The notes under the pieces are model-generated. The model was not told the DNA's origin and ran no database searches. It saw nothing but the letters and a program-made list of their open reading frames with translations. DNA of 64,000 nt from Escherichia phage DCP80: the sequence record PQ671644.1. One strand, written 5' to 3'. The number at the start of each line of letters is the position of its first letter. Position 1 is the first letter of the stretch. The position numbers were made by a program, and so were the translations under genes. This document shows positions 27,034 to 36,632 of this stretch, piece after piece.

Positions 27034-27282
27034 CTATTTTAATTCATTAATTAAATGAAAATCTTGTGCATTGAAAGTAATGAAAAAATAATCATTCCCT
27101 TCAACTGAAGCATGACAGGCAACACTACACCAGCGCCTTGCTCTGTTCAAGGAGCAATCCAAAATTTTAAAAGGCTTCAGACCAACAATGGCAGCTGTTC
27201 TTTTATTATGCTCACAAATATCAGCATACTTTTGGAGAGCTTCTTCAGATTTGAACTGGTAATGCACATTAACTAATAACAT
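27034..27282 (-). CDS. hypothetical protein
   Basis: 82-aa ORF, Cys-rich. Confidence 0.45.
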   Translation of the reverse strand: MLLVNVHYQFKSEEALQKYADICEHNKRTAAIVGLKPFKILDCSLNRARRWCSVACHASVEGNDYFFITFNAQDFHLINELK

Positions 27283-27347
27283 TTTATTATCCTCATCAGT
27301 AGTTGATGGGATAATAGTACACCCTTTTTATGGTGATGTAAACCTCT

Positions 27348-27376
27348 AAAATGAAAAAGACCCGAAGGGTCTTTAG
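27348..27376 (-). terminator. rho-independent terminator with UUCG tetraloop after gene 41
   Basis: Minus strand AAAGACCC-TTCG-GGTCTTT then TTCATTT; overlaps gp41 stop. Confidence 0.5.
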
Positions 27377-28812
27377 AATTTCATTTGAGCAGCAAGGTCG
27401 TCCAGGTCGCTCCTGTTGACCCTGGTTTGTCTATTCATTTCAGCCTGGCGATTCATCTCACCGGTGGCTTCTTTAACCGTAGGGCCTTGTTTAGGAGCTG
27501 AATCATCATCAACCTCGTACCAGCGCTGATTACCTTTCTTAACACCCATCTTGAATTTATTATAGTAGTTCTTATCGCCATAACGAGACTTAAGCTGTTT
27601 GATTAACTGCAGACCCATTTGAGCGAATTCTTCAGTCTCAACAACACCCAACATAAAGTCGGCCGTGTGAGCAATACCAAAGGATTCTGCGATGTCAGCC
27701 ATATCAATCTCAGCTGCAACGTTCGCGCCCCTGGTTGTCTGTGCTGCAGTCCACAGGACCACATTTTTCTCAACAGCCAGACCACGAAGTTCTTCTGCAA
27801 CCATCTTAATCAGGCCGTAACTGTTTTCGGTAAACGTTTTCAGTCTTGAGCTTGCACAGATTGCCAGGTAGTCAACAATAATCACATCCGGCACAAACCC
27901 TTGCTTCAGTTTGTATTCATTCAATAATGCACGGAAGGTATCTGCATGAGCACCGCCAGTTGGATATTGTTTTATCTTCAGAGTCCCAAGAGTCCCTGAT
28001 GCCCGCCATTTTTCCATCTTAGCTTTGTATTCTGCCCATGATATATGACCTTCATCAATATCATCCAGAGACACATCCAGCAAGTTGGCATCAATACGTT
28101 TGGCACATACTTCTTCAGCCATTTCCATGCTTATATAAAGCACGTTATGACCAGTCTGAAGATAGTCGGCCGCTAACGAACAAAGTCCCAGAGATTTCCC
28201 GACGTTTGTCCCGGCCAGTAAAACGTTCTCTGTGCCGTACTCAACTCCACCCTTCGTAATTTTATTCAGGATGTTAATACGGAACGGAACCTTCTTCGAT
28301 TTGTTCAGATAAGTCTGGAATCGAGCTTCGTAATCGTTTAACCAGTCATGGCCCAGTGCAGAGTCAAAACAGATAGACAATGCATCGCGCATGATATCAG
28401 GGATAGCACCAATATCTGGGATTCGTTTATCACGTTTATCTTTCGGAAGTTCGGCATTACTCTGGATTTCGATAATCCTGGATGTGGCATTGAACATCGC
28501 AGACTTCTGTACATACTTCTCGGTTTCTCTAACCAACCATTCCTGGTCTTCTGGAGTATCAGCCAGAACTCCTAAGAGTTTCTTTGTGCCTTCATATTCG
28601 ACTTCAGAAAGGTCAGAACTGTCAAGCGCAATATCAAGTGCAGTCTTAGTTGGTACCGCTTGATATTCTTTTACGTGTTCGTTAATCGTATTAAAAAGGG
28701 TCTTTGCAGGACCCTTTTCAAAATATGTGTTATTCAGATATGGCCAGACTTTAACAAAATATTCCTTGTTAAAGAGTAGCTGGGATAAAATAGTTTCTAC
28801 CACTTCCACCAC
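27373..28812 (-). CDS. 41: replicative DNA helicase gp41 (DnaB-like)
   Basis: 479 aa; Walker A GTNVGKS, Walker B IIVDYL, ...LGTLKIKQYPTGGA..., RecA-like C-terminal domain; matches recalled T4 gp41. Confidence 0.9.
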   Translation of the reverse strand: MVEVVETILSQLLFNKEYFVKVWPYLNNTYFEKGPAKTLFNTINEHVKEYQAVPTKTALDIALDSSDLSEVEYEGTKKLLGVLADTPEDQEWLVRETEKYVQKSAMFNATSRIIEIQSNAELPKDKRDKRIPDIGAIPDIMRDALSICFDSALGHDWLNDYEARFQTYLNKSKKVPFRINILNKITKGGVEYGTENVLLAGTNVGKSLGLCSLAADYLQTGHNVLYISMEMAEEVCAKRIDANLLDVSLDDIDEGHISWAEYKAKMEKWRASGTLGTLKIKQYPTGGAHADTFRALLNEYKLKQGFVPDVIIVDYLAICASSRLKTFTENSYGLIKMVAEELRGLAVEKNVVLWTAAQTTRGANVAAEIDMADIAESFGIAHTADFMLGVVETEEFAQMGLQLIKQLKSRYGDKNYYNKFKMGVKKGNQRWYEVDDDSAPKQGPTVKEATGEMNRQAEMNRQTRVNRSDLDDLAAQMKF

Positions 28813-29141
28813 CTCTTTTTCATTTTAATTTTATCAATTTCATCTTGTATTTGCATTGTAACACACTTTTCTACATGCACTGCAAGCTCCGCTTTGCGGT
28901 CTTCAGAAGGGGTGCCGAAATCAACTGAAACTTTTCCAGATGGTTCAATTTTAATTCCGGTTACGTACACAATGTGACTGGACCCATCAGGGAGTGATAA
29001 CAGAATTTCCTGCCGTACAGTTCCCATGGATTGCCGGATAATCTCCAAACTTTTTTCGTAGTAAGGTACAGAAGGAGCCTTAGCTCCCTCCGCATCTTTC
29101 TCGAAATTATCTAAATCAGATAAATCGATATCATTCATCAA
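28797..29141 (-). CDS. 40: gp40-like protein
   Basis: 114-aa ORF between uvsX and 41 with overlapping junctions; synteny-based. Confidence 0.55.
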   Translation of the reverse strand: MMNDIDLSDLDNFEKDAEGAKAPSVPYYEKSLEIIRQSMGTVRQEILLSLPDGSSHIVYVTGIKIEPSGKVSVDFGTPSEDRKAELAVHVEKCVTMQIQDEIDKIKMKKRWWKW

Positions 29142-30309
29142 GGTCTTCCATCATATCTAAATCGTTTTCGATATCTGCCGCAGACGGTTTTGTCTTACCT
29201 TCAGGAGCAGTGTATTTTTCAACCTTGGAGGCAATAAGCGCATCAACTTCGGCATCAACAACAGCATTGCTATCGATTGCACCCAGTTGGTAATGGCGTT
29301 TGATTGCATCACGGAAAGGTTCGTGCTTGAACAGCGGGCCCCAGAATTCGGTGCAGTTAGTATCTTTTGCGCGCCATGATTTTTCTTCGCGGACCATTTC
29401 ACCGGTCTCAACATCAAGATATTCACGGTTATACCAACCAACTTTTGGTTTCACCACAAATCCGATTTCCATTGCCATATCAAGCAGGCCAGAATACGGG
29501 TCAATCCCACCATCGAATTTTACATCAATGAAGAATTTACTTTTCTCTTTGACCATACGAGATTTTTCGGCGTTCAGAACAAATTGGAAGCCTTCAAGTT
29601 CTTTACCAGTTTCTTTAATCTGGCGTTTGCCGATAATGAATACGGTGTCCGCAGAATACATAACACCTGTACCGCCGGTCATAACGGTTTTACTGTACAT
29701 CTCAATCGTCTCGATTGTATGGTTAACCGCGACACAAGGAATATCCTTGATGCTAAAATACGGGGTAACAATACGGAACAGAGATTTCAGGGATTTGGCA
29801 CGAGTCATATCACCAACGACTTTTTCGTTCATCGCATCTTCTGTTTCTTTTTTCGACGCCATGTTACCGATTGAGTCAATAAAAATAATGACTTTTTCAC
29901 CACGCTCAATTGCTTCAAGCTGGTTAACCATATCAACTTTCAATTGTTCAACCGACTGGATTGGTGTATGGATAACACGTTCCGGGTCAACTTTCATTGC
30001 ACGAAGATATGCTTCTGTGATACCAAATTCTGAATCATAGAACAAACAGATTGCATCGGGGTATTTGTTCATATATGCAGAGACCATCGTTAAACCCATA
30101 TTGGATTTAAAGTGTTTTGACGGACCAGCAAAAATAGTCAAACCTGACTGCATACCACCATCTAGTGCACCGCTGATTGCAATGTTCAGCATCGGGATTT
30201 TTGTACGAACTACATCTTTACCATTAAAGAACTTGGACTTGGTAAGAGTCGCGGTCATTTTGGATGTAGAAGCTTTAATCAAACGGGATTTCAAATCTGC
30301 AATAGACAT
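29131..30309 (-). CDS. uvsX: recombinase UvsX (RecA-like)
   Basis: 392 aa; LKSRLIKASTSK...KIPMLNIAISGALDGGMQSGLTIFAGPSKHFKSN...LFYDSEFGIT...MVREEKSWRAKDTNCTEFWGPLFKHEPFRDAIKRHYQLG matches recalled T4 UvsX. Confidence 0.9.
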   Translation of the reverse strand: MSIADLKSRLIKASTSKMTATLTKSKFFNGKDVVRTKIPMLNIAISGALDGGMQSGLTIFAGPSKHFKSNMGLTMVSAYMNKYPDAICLFYDSEFGITEAYLRAMKVDPERVIHTPIQSVEQLKVDMVNQLEAIERGEKVIIFIDSIGNMASKKETEDAMNEKVVGDMTRAKSLKSLFRIVTPYFSIKDIPCVAVNHTIETIEMYSKTVMTGGTGVMYSADTVFIIGKRQIKETGKELEGFQFVLNAEKSRMVKEKSKFFIDVKFDGGIDPYSGLLDMAMEIGFVVKPKVGWYNREYLDVETGEMVREEKSWRAKDTNCTEFWGPLFKHEPFRDAIKRHYQLGAIDSNAVVDAEVDALIASKVEKYTAPEGKTKPSAADIENDLDMMEDLDE

Positions 30310-30362
30310 TCATTTTTTCCATAGGCACCATCATATTTTTCTCACAGGTTTAAGATAGGATA

Positions 30363-30389
30363 ATTATATCACTGTATTTTTAGAGCAAT
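30363..30389 (-). promoter_or_regulatory. possible middle promoter (MotA-box-like plus -10) upstream of uvsX
   Basis: Minus strand TTGCTCTA, 12 nt, TATAAT; one mismatch to the recalled MotA box consensus. Confidence 0.3.
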
Positions 30390-30651
30390 TAACGATTGAA
30401 TCCACGATTAATTGCACGTTCAACAATCTTCCGGGTCTGACGTTTGTCCCACCAGTACATAAACCCAATACCAAATGCAGACAACAGCCATAAGCTAATC
30501 AATAACATACCAATCATAATATTCTTCTCACAGTTCAGGGAAATTTAGTAAACGTTACCACGTTTCCAGTTTTCTTCAGCCAAATGCTTATTACGCTTTT
30601 CTAATAGCAACAAACCAATTACTGTTACAACAATCAGAAGTAATAATAACA

Positions 30652-30886
30652 TCAGTTAATACCTTGGCGTGCTTTCTCTTTAGCTACACATTTATTAATA
30701 TAGCTCAGACGGTTTTGAGCAGAACGCTGATACATATCACGATACTCATTAGCTTTTGGAGAACCCGTCTCCGCTGCCTGATAAGCTTCCGCGCGCATGA
30801 TGTTTATCTGCATATTGATGTATGACATGCAGACCTGCGAAATCTGGTTAACAGTATCCAGGTCATTTTGTCGCTTGGTTTCTGCT
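30652..30886 (-). CDS. 3' end of unidentified gene, 5' part lost in gap
   Basis: Open frame ending at stop 30652, running into N-run. Confidence 0.35.
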
Positions 30887-30940
30887 NNNNNNNNNNNNNN
30901 NNNNNNNNNNNNNNNNNNNNNNNNNNNNNNNNNNNNNNNN
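30887..30940. other. assembly gap (N-run)
   Basis: 54 Ns. Confidence 0.95.
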
Positions 30941-31093
30941 AGATTGGTTGCAAGACTGTGCTCACCAACAAGCCATAATGAGTATGTTTGAACATCCAGA
31001 CCATAATTTCTGTCTTTATGAACTCGTACACCCATTACTTCAAATTGTTCACTCGCCTTTTCTACTGCATCCAGGAAATCATCTTTAGTCATG

Positions 31094-31531
31094 TTAGACC
31101 CCAAAAGTTGCTTTAATCAGTGCAATGACTTCTGCTGCATTTTTGTGATTGACTTGCACATGAATGGTTTGAGTATCAACATCAGGAGCATCACCATCAA
31201 CTTCCAGGAAGTGACAGAATTCCCATTCAGCGAGTTCAAAGTACTCATCAACATCACCCATACTATTCAGGATGGTGCCATCTTTCATTTCAACTTTTTC
31301 AACAAAATAATCACCTTCAATATAACACATATCCAGGACTTTGAAGGAATTGCCATGTTGTTCCATCAACTTGACCATGCACGAATTATCATCAGGACTA
31401 CCAGCGATGAATTGTTTTTTAGCAGCAGGGTCTAATACGTAAAATTTACCAGTTTCCATCATTTTAATTTCCTCATTTTTGTTGAGGGAACATATTATCA
31501 TGTTCCCGTTGGTTTGTATATTAAGCTTCAA
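31094..31531 (-). CDS. hypothetical protein, paralog family with 31811-32173
   Basis: 145 aa; shares [11 protein letters not shown] and C-terminal (V/I)IxLIKA motifs with the 120-aa ORF. Confidence 0.5.
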   Translation of the reverse strand: MKLNIQTNGNMIICSLNKNEEIKMMETGKFYVLDPAAKKQFIAGSPDDNSCMVKLMEQHGNSFKVLDMCYIEGDYFVEKVEMKDGTILNSMGDVDEYFELAEWEFCHFLEVDGDAPDVDTQTIHVQVNHKNAAEVIALIKATFGV

Positions 31532-31748
31532 TCAAATTCATATAAAATTTAGCGTCTTCCGGGTGCATCCCTTCGCAATATTCATTTTGCATAAAGCGGG
31601 TAAGGTCTTCAAGAGGACCTTGAACTTCAATTTGAATACTAAAGAATTGGGTATCTTTAATGTAAGTCATACACAAAGAAGGATACCGATTACGAATAAC
31701 TTCGTAAGTGTATTCAAAATCAACGATATCAATATTAACCTTAGCCAT
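31521..31748 (-). CDS. hypothetical protein
   Basis: 75-aa ORF. Confidence 0.4.
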   Translation of the reverse strand: MAKVNIDIVDFEYTYEVIRNRYPSLCMTYIKDTQFFSIQIEVQGPLEDLTRFMQNEYCEGMHPEDAKFYMNLIEA

Positions 31749-31810
31749 TTTATTTTCCTCATGTAGTTGATAGGTCTATAATAACATAATCATAGACCCG
31801 TTGTAAACTG

Positions 31811-32173
31811 CTATTTGAAAGCTTTTTGCAGAAGTTCAATGATTTGGTCGACGTTATTAGCATCTACAACACAATTAATAGAAACCGCCCCCGAAGGTGT
31901 TTTTGTATAATTGGAGTATTCACGGAAGCAATAAAACTCTTCTTCACTAAGTTCAAAATAATCATCACCCATACCATCATCATTATAGATTGCACCATTA
32001 GCACAAATGATTTCGGTTACATAATCATAGCCGTCTGCACTTGATATTGATTTAACTTCAAACCAACCGCCATTTTCTTGGATGATGTCGACCATACTAG
32101 CATTCGATGAACTAATATCAATGAAAGATTTAATACGATGTGGATTGAACTCATATTTTTTGCCGATTTCCAT
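31811..32173 (-). CDS. hypothetical protein, paralog family with 31094-31531
   Basis: 120 aa; DDYFELSEEEF and C-terminal IIELLQKAF. Confidence 0.5.
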   Translation of the reverse strand: MEIGKKYEFNPHRIKSFIDISSSNASMVDIIQENGGWFEVKSISSADGYDYVTEIICANGAIYNDDGMGDDYFELSEEEFYCFREYSNYTKTPSGAVSINCVVDANNVDQIIELLQKAFK

Positions 32174-32250
32174 TTTTATTTCCTCAGTTGTTATCAGTAG
32201 TTGATGGAACCATTATGCCTTAGCTCAAGGGACTTGTACACTACTTTTTG

Positions 32251-32278
32251 AAAATAAAAAAGGGACCCGAAGGTCCCC
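32251..32278 (-). terminator. rho-independent terminator with UUCG tetraloop after gene 32
   Basis: Minus strand GGGACC-TTCG-GGTCCC followed by TTTTTTATTTT. Confidence 0.6.
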
Positions 32279-32283
32279 TTATA

Positions 32284-33195
32284 TTAAAGGCCAGCCAGAA
32301 GGTCGTCAAGACCATCATCAGAAGGCTCTGGAGTGCTTGGAGCAGTCGCAGTGCGTTCAGACTTAGCAGGTTTGCTGGAAGTGAAGTCTTCCATATCTTT
32401 ATCAAAATCGTCCAGGTCAGCACCCAGTTTATCGGCTTGCGCAGCAGCTTTAGAAGCAGCACCACCGAGAGCAGCTGTACCCATTACTTTAGAGAATTTC
32501 TTCTGATTCTCTTCAAGAGATTTAAATACCAGCAATTCATTCAGGTCAGACATTTCGTCCCAAAGTTTTTTCTGGAATGCTTCATCATTGATGCCAGCGA
32601 TTTCAGACTGGTTCATGAATTTGGAATCATCGTAGTTTTTATAACCGGAAACCATTTTAGATTTCAGTACGAAGTTCGCACCTTCAAAAGGACAGGTTAC
32701 ATCAATAGCTGTTTCGCCCATGTCAACATCGACTTCAACCATCTGGTTGATTTTGTCCATGATTTTCTTACCAAAGCGATATTTGAATACTTGGCCTTCG
32801 TTAGACGGAACAGCAGGGTCTTTAATGACCAGGATGTTAGCCCAGTAAGAAGTATTACGCTTCAGTTTACGATATTCGGATTCGTTTGTGTTGTACAGGT
32901 CATTCTTGTTCATGTACGCACACACAGGGCAGTTTTCATAATCGCCGTGGGTAGAAGTACAGTTTTCAATATACCATTGACCGCCATTTTTAAAGCCGTG
33001 GTTAACGAGCTTGATGAACGGAGATGGATTTTCTTCATTCTTAGAAGGTAGGAAACGAATAACCGCAGAGCCGACGCCATCAGTATCTTTCAGTTTCCAT
33101 TCTTTTTTATCGTCAGAAGAGAAACCAGCACCACCTTTAAGAGCGTTAAGGGAAGCGGCGAGGTCAGCTGGGTTTTTACGTTTAAACATAGACAT
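32284..33195 (-). CDS. 32: single-stranded DNA-binding protein gp32
   Basis: 303 aa; WKLK...AVIRFLPSK...[21 protein letters not shown] (zinc site)...TSYWANILV...FKYRFGKKI...[11 protein letters not shown]; acidic C-terminus; matches recalled T4 gp32. Confidence 0.9.
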   Translation of the reverse strand: MSMFKRKNPADLAASLNALKGGAGFSSDDKKEWKLKDTDGVGSAVIRFLPSKNEENPSPFIKLVNHGFKNGGQWYIENCTSTHGDYENCPVCAYMNKNDLYNTNESEYRKLKRNTSYWANILVIKDPAVPSNEGQVFKYRFGKKIMDKINQMVEVDVDMGETAIDVTCPFEGANFVLKSKMVSGYKNYDDSKFMNQSEIAGINDEAFQKKLWDEMSDLNELLVFKSLEENQKKFSKVMGTAALGGAASKAAAQADKLGADLDDFDKDMEDFTSSKPAKSERTATAPSTPEPSDDGLDDLLAGL

Positions 33196-33255
33196 ATGAT
33201 TTTCCTTAGATTATTTGATTTTTAGCAGTTGTTTTGATTACGTATTAATTATACT

Positions 33256-33924
33256 TCAAAGTGTTTGAAGCGTTATTTGACAGTTTTTAACGGTCTCGAT
33301 GAACAATTTACGAGCTTCAAGAGAATCTATATTTAAGATTTTCTTATAGGCATTTAGTTTGGTTGAATACTTTTCCCAAACCAAGTCGTTAGTCTGTTCA
33401 TCATGTTTATTTATAATACCTAAAAATGAATCAAGCAAACAAAACGTTTCAAATGAGATAACATTCGATTGGAGAAGTTTGAAAATATAACTTGTATTCA
33501 CTTTAGTATTATATTCGAAAATCTCTTGGAGCGATTTGACTTCGACTTTCTTACTGAAGTAATAGATGTTCTTTATATCATCTTCGTATACTTGTCTAAT
33601 TCTTTTAAGTCTGCCAATGTATTCTCTATAAAATATCAGAGCATCAGCATCACTTATATCGCCTATCCATGCATCCTGGTTTGCGACCAGGTTTGACATG
33701 AATATTAACGTTAATTCTTTAAGAGTGTACTTATCGCTAAGCTTTTCGAAAAAATACTTATCGCGACGTTTTTGATAAGCACTATCGGAGATTCGCATGG
33801 TCCAGTTATATTTGATAATATCATAACGACCCGAAAAATGCTGTTTGATGGATAAGTACAGTTGGTATACTGATTTACCATTTATATATCGGTTGTTATT
33901 TGGAGGCATGCGAATCGTAATCAT
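33256..33924 (-). CDS. 59: helicase loader gp59
   Basis: 222 aa; YINGKSVYQLYLSIKQH..YDIIKYNW.MR.SD.AYQKRRDKYFFEKLSDKY.LKEL.LIF.SNLVANQDAWIGDISDADAL.FYREYIGRLK matches recalled T4 gp59. Confidence 0.85.
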   Translation of the reverse strand: MITIRMPPNNNRYINGKSVYQLYLSIKQHFSGRYDIIKYNWTMRISDSAYQKRRDKYFFEKLSDKYTLKELTLIFMSNLVANQDAWIGDISDADALIFYREYIGRLKRIRQVYEDDIKNIYYFSKKVEVKSLQEIFEYNTKVNTSYIFKLLQSNVISFETFCLLDSFLGIINKHDEQTNDLVWEKYSTKLNAYKKILNIDSLEARKLFIETVKNCQITLQTL

Positions 33925-34214
33925 AACAAAAAGTCCAGCGTATTAGTTTTCTGTGTACGAGACATACTCGGACGAAGCAGGTTATCATCATATGCTTCAT
34001 TCATAATCTTATCGACGATTCCCGCAGGGATATATCGCGCAAAATTGCCCTCAGGAATTCCACGTTCTTCCAACCAGGCAGTTGTAGCTTCCAGATAAGA
34101 CATTTCAGTTGACTCAACCATGGCTTCAATATCAAGCCCGTTTTGCTGCTTACTAATCGCCCCGGAAGGCGATTCAGTTTTCTGTGTATCAAAATTAACT
34201 AAAGAGGACATCAT
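33921..34214 (-). CDS. 33: late transcription co-activator gp33 (start uncertain)
   Basis: C-terminal ...MSYLEATTAWLEERGIPEGNFARYIPAGIVDKI...NLLRPS....KTNTLDFLL matches recalled T4 gp33; track ORF extends upstream into dsbA. Confidence 0.6.
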   Translation of the reverse strand: MMSSLVNFDTQKTESPSGAISKQQNGLDIEAMVESTEMSYLEATTAWLEERGIPEGNFARYIPAGIVDKIMNEAYDDNLLRPSMSRTQKTNTLDFLL

Positions 34215-34464
34215 AGAGCTCCACAGCTTCGGTTTTTTCATCTTCAAAACGCTCACGGGTGCCTTTATGATACAGGCCGAGCTGTGTATTGAACATCTTA
34301 CCGTCAACGCCTAATTCGGTTTTTGCCTTGTCTTTAAGGTCTTTAATTTCGTCTGCATATGCTTCCATTTTTAATTTGGTATCGGAAGCAGCTTTAATCA
34401 GCTTGGCTAGTTCAGCGCCATGAGTATCAGGACAAAATTCAACTTTCACTTTTTTCTCTTTCAT
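34195..34464 (-). CDS. dsbA: dsDNA-binding protein DsbA
   Basis: 89 aa; ...ELGVDGKMFN..L.LYHK......E.E..E.VELYD..FS matches recalled T4 DsbA; synteny rnh-dsbA-33-59-32. Confidence 0.65.
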   Translation of the reverse strand: MKEKKVKVEFCPDTHGAELAKLIKAASDTKLKMEAYADEIKDLKDKAKTELGVDGKMFNTQLGLYHKGTRERFEDEKTEAVELYDVLFS

Positions 34465-34472
34465 AATATACC

Positions 34473-35417
34473 TTAATAAAATTCAGCAATGTTTGCAGTT
34501 AGTTTAGACAGACCAGACTTAACAAAGTAAGGATAAACTTTACTTTTGGCTGGGATAACGTAGTTATTATATCGTTCTAAGATTGAAGCAGATATTTCCG
34601 TTGGGATAAAGTCCATATCAATCAACAATTGGTTTTCACAGAATCTATTATATTGCTCTTCTGTTAAAAGCGTTTTCAGCACGTCATGGTCGTAATAGTT
34701 GAGCGCAATTTGTTCAAGCTCGGCGGCACGTGTCGGTGGAGTACGTTCACCTTCTTCGTGAGTGTAATAAAAATCACCACGAACCTTGATGCTCGACACG
34801 TTATCTTTTTTGTCACCTTTAACAACCTTTGTCACGCAATCCATAAGGGCATCGCCTGATTTGGTTTTGACATATTTTTTCTGCATCGGGGACCATTGTT
34901 TCACCCCAGGGAATTTATGTAACTGGGTAAAGTCACCATCTGAAGAAACAACCATAACCGGATGGCCGAGACCAGTGAGCAATTTTGTTAATACCGCAAT
35001 ATGGTCATCAGCCTCGACTTTATCTATATTCATCACGATGTAAGGCATATGTTTTTCCATTTCATCGATGATGATGTGCATGGCAGCATGTAGACCTTCC
35101 CAATCGAATTGAGACTCTTCACGAGCTTTCGCACGGTTTTTCTTATAATAATAAGATTTAGTCCGCCGCCAATAGCCATTCTTCGAGTTATCAACACAAA
35201 TAATTGGAATCGTATAACCGAGCTTCTTGAACTGCACAATATTTTTTCTGATGGAGTTCAGAACCAGGTGTCTGGTCATTGCAGTTGTTACCTTCGGAAA
35301 GCCTGCGTCTTTGCCGAATTCCTGGAAGGCTGCAGCCATGATGAGCTGACTAAAATCGAGTAACTGAAAACCATCTTTTTGACGGTCTTCTTCAGGGAGT
35401 AAAAAATCTAAATTCAT
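34473..35417 (-). CDS. rnh: RNase H (5'-3' exonuclease, FEN-1 family)
   Basis: 314 aa; ...GYWRR..YYYKKNR.KAREES.WDWEG...MPYIVM.IDK.EADDHIAVL.......SSDGDFTQLHK.P.VKQWSPM.KK.VK...GDKKDNV.S.KVR.DF...EGERTP...VKSGLSKLT matches recalled T4 RNase H. Confidence 0.85.
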   Translation of the reverse strand: MNLDFLLPEEDRQKDGFQLLDFSQLIMAAAFQEFGKDAGFPKVTTAMTRHLVLNSIRKNIVQFKKLGYTIPIICVDNSKNGYWRRTKSYYYKKNRAKAREESQFDWEGLHAAMHIIIDEMEKHMPYIVMNIDKVEADDHIAVLTKLLTGLGHPVMVVSSDGDFTQLHKFPGVKQWSPMQKKYVKTKSGDALMDCVTKVVKGDKKDNVSSIKVRGDFYYTHEEGERTPPTRAAELEQIALNYYDHDVLKTLLTEEQYNRFCENQLLIDMDFIPTEISASILERYNNYVIPAKSKVYPYFVKSGLSKLTANIAEFY

Positions 35418-35474
35418 ATGAACCTCTGTTCAATTAGTTGACTCGATTATATTAGCATAAAATTTTTAAAGCAA

Positions 35475-35482
35475 TATAAATA
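35475..35482 (+). promoter_or_regulatory. late promoter TATAAATA upstream of gene 34
   Basis: Exact TATAAATA about 30 nt upstream of the gene 34 ATG. Confidence 0.55.
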
Positions 35483-35512
35483 CACGTATACCAATCAATA
35501 AGGATAAAGCAC

Positions 35513-36510
35513 ATGGCCGATATTTTAAAACCAGCATTCAGAGCAACATCCGGTCTCGATGCTGCTGGTGAGAAAGTCATTAATGTCGCGAAAGCTGATT
35601 ACTCAGTTTTATCAGACGGCGTTAACGTAGATTTCTTTATAGAAGAAAACACAGTTCAACAATATGATGCGACACGAGGATACAAAAAGAACTTTGCAGT
35701 TATTAACGATAACCGTATTTGGGTTGCTCAACGTGATATCGCGGCTCCGGCAGGAGCATTTACCCCTCAGTATTGGTTAGCAACCCGTACTGACCCGAAA
35801 TGGGAAACTGTTGCATCTCCAACTCGTCAGCTTAGCTCGGGTGAATTTATCGCGGTCGACTCAGCTGCAAGCTTTACCACATTTACATTGCCTCCGAACC
35901 CGACTGATGGTGATACCATCGTTATTAAAGATATCGGTGGCAATACCGGTTATAATGAAATCAAAGTTCAATCGAGCAATGTACCTGGTCAAGGTAACCA
36001 AAAGATTGTTCGTTTCGGTAACCAATTTACTGAAATATTAATCAGTAAGCCGTTCTCTTATAATATGCTTATTTTCTCTAACCGCTTATGGCAGTTCTGG
36101 GAAGCAGGTAACGAAGAACGCGGAATAAGAATTGAACCAAGCTCTGGCAAATATCGTGCACAGGCAGCAGACTTTATTATGCGCCATTACACGACCGCAG
36201 AGAAGATTACATTTGTTCTTCCTAAGTATGCTAACCAAGGCGATATTGTCAAATCAGTAGATATAGATGGATTAGGGCCATTATACCACCTGGATGTTGA
36301 AACGTTTGACGAGTCAAGTTCTCTGGGTAAACAAGGCCAACACAGTATGGAATTCCGTACTACTGGTGATGGTTTCTTCGTTTATAATGCCACCGAAAAA
36401 TTGTGGGTGACCTGGGACGGTGATAATAAAACTCGTTTGCGTGTAATTCGTGACAATGTAAAATTGTTACCAAACGAAAGTATCATCGTGTTCGGTAATG
36501 ATAACAACAC
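35513..36510 (+). CDS. 34: long tail fiber proximal subunit gp34, N-terminal ~332 aa only (cut by gap)
   Basis: ...GLDAAGEKVINVA...DGVNVDFFIEENTVQQYDATRGY...PAGAF...IVIKDIGG...LIFSNRLWQ...LWVTWDGDNKTRLRVI matches recalled T4 gp34 N-terminus; divergent from rnh as in T4. Confidence 0.8.
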
Positions 36511-36520
36511 NNNNNNNNNN
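36511..36520. other. assembly gap (N-run)
   Basis: 10 Ns; cuts gene 34. Confidence 0.95.
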
Positions 36521-36600
36521 TTAGAAACACGTACAATATCACCAGCTTCAACTTTCATAATTTTCTCTCTTGGTTAATAAGTTTATTCTCCAGCAGGGTC

Positions 36601-36629
36601 ATTATACTCTGACCCCAAGAGTTTGTACA
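36601..36629 (-). promoter_or_regulatory. early-type promoter with stem-loop
   Basis: Minus strand TGTACA, 17 nt, TATAAT with GGGGTCAGAG/GACCC partial inverted repeat. Confidence 0.4.
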
Positions 36630-36632
36630 CAC

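Noticed and set aside
29300-30040. 246-aa plus-strand ORF (and the matching 46209-46919 ORF) overlapping uvsX
   Set aside because: It is fully antisense to a highly conserved uvsX frame, low-complexity and Ser-rich, which is typical of a spurious antisense ORF. The same applies to antisense ORFs inside rIIA, 41, 46, 47 and 37.
30652-31104. 150-aa ORF reading through the 30887-30940 N-run
   Set aside because: The two halves lie in different scaffold blocks and in-frame continuity across Ns is meaningless. They are reported separately or left as partial fragments.
35513-36577. Gene 34 ORF extended past the 36511-36520 gap to a stop at 36577
   Set aside because: Sequence after the gap belongs to an unrelated minus-strand block. 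Gene 34 is reported only to 36510.
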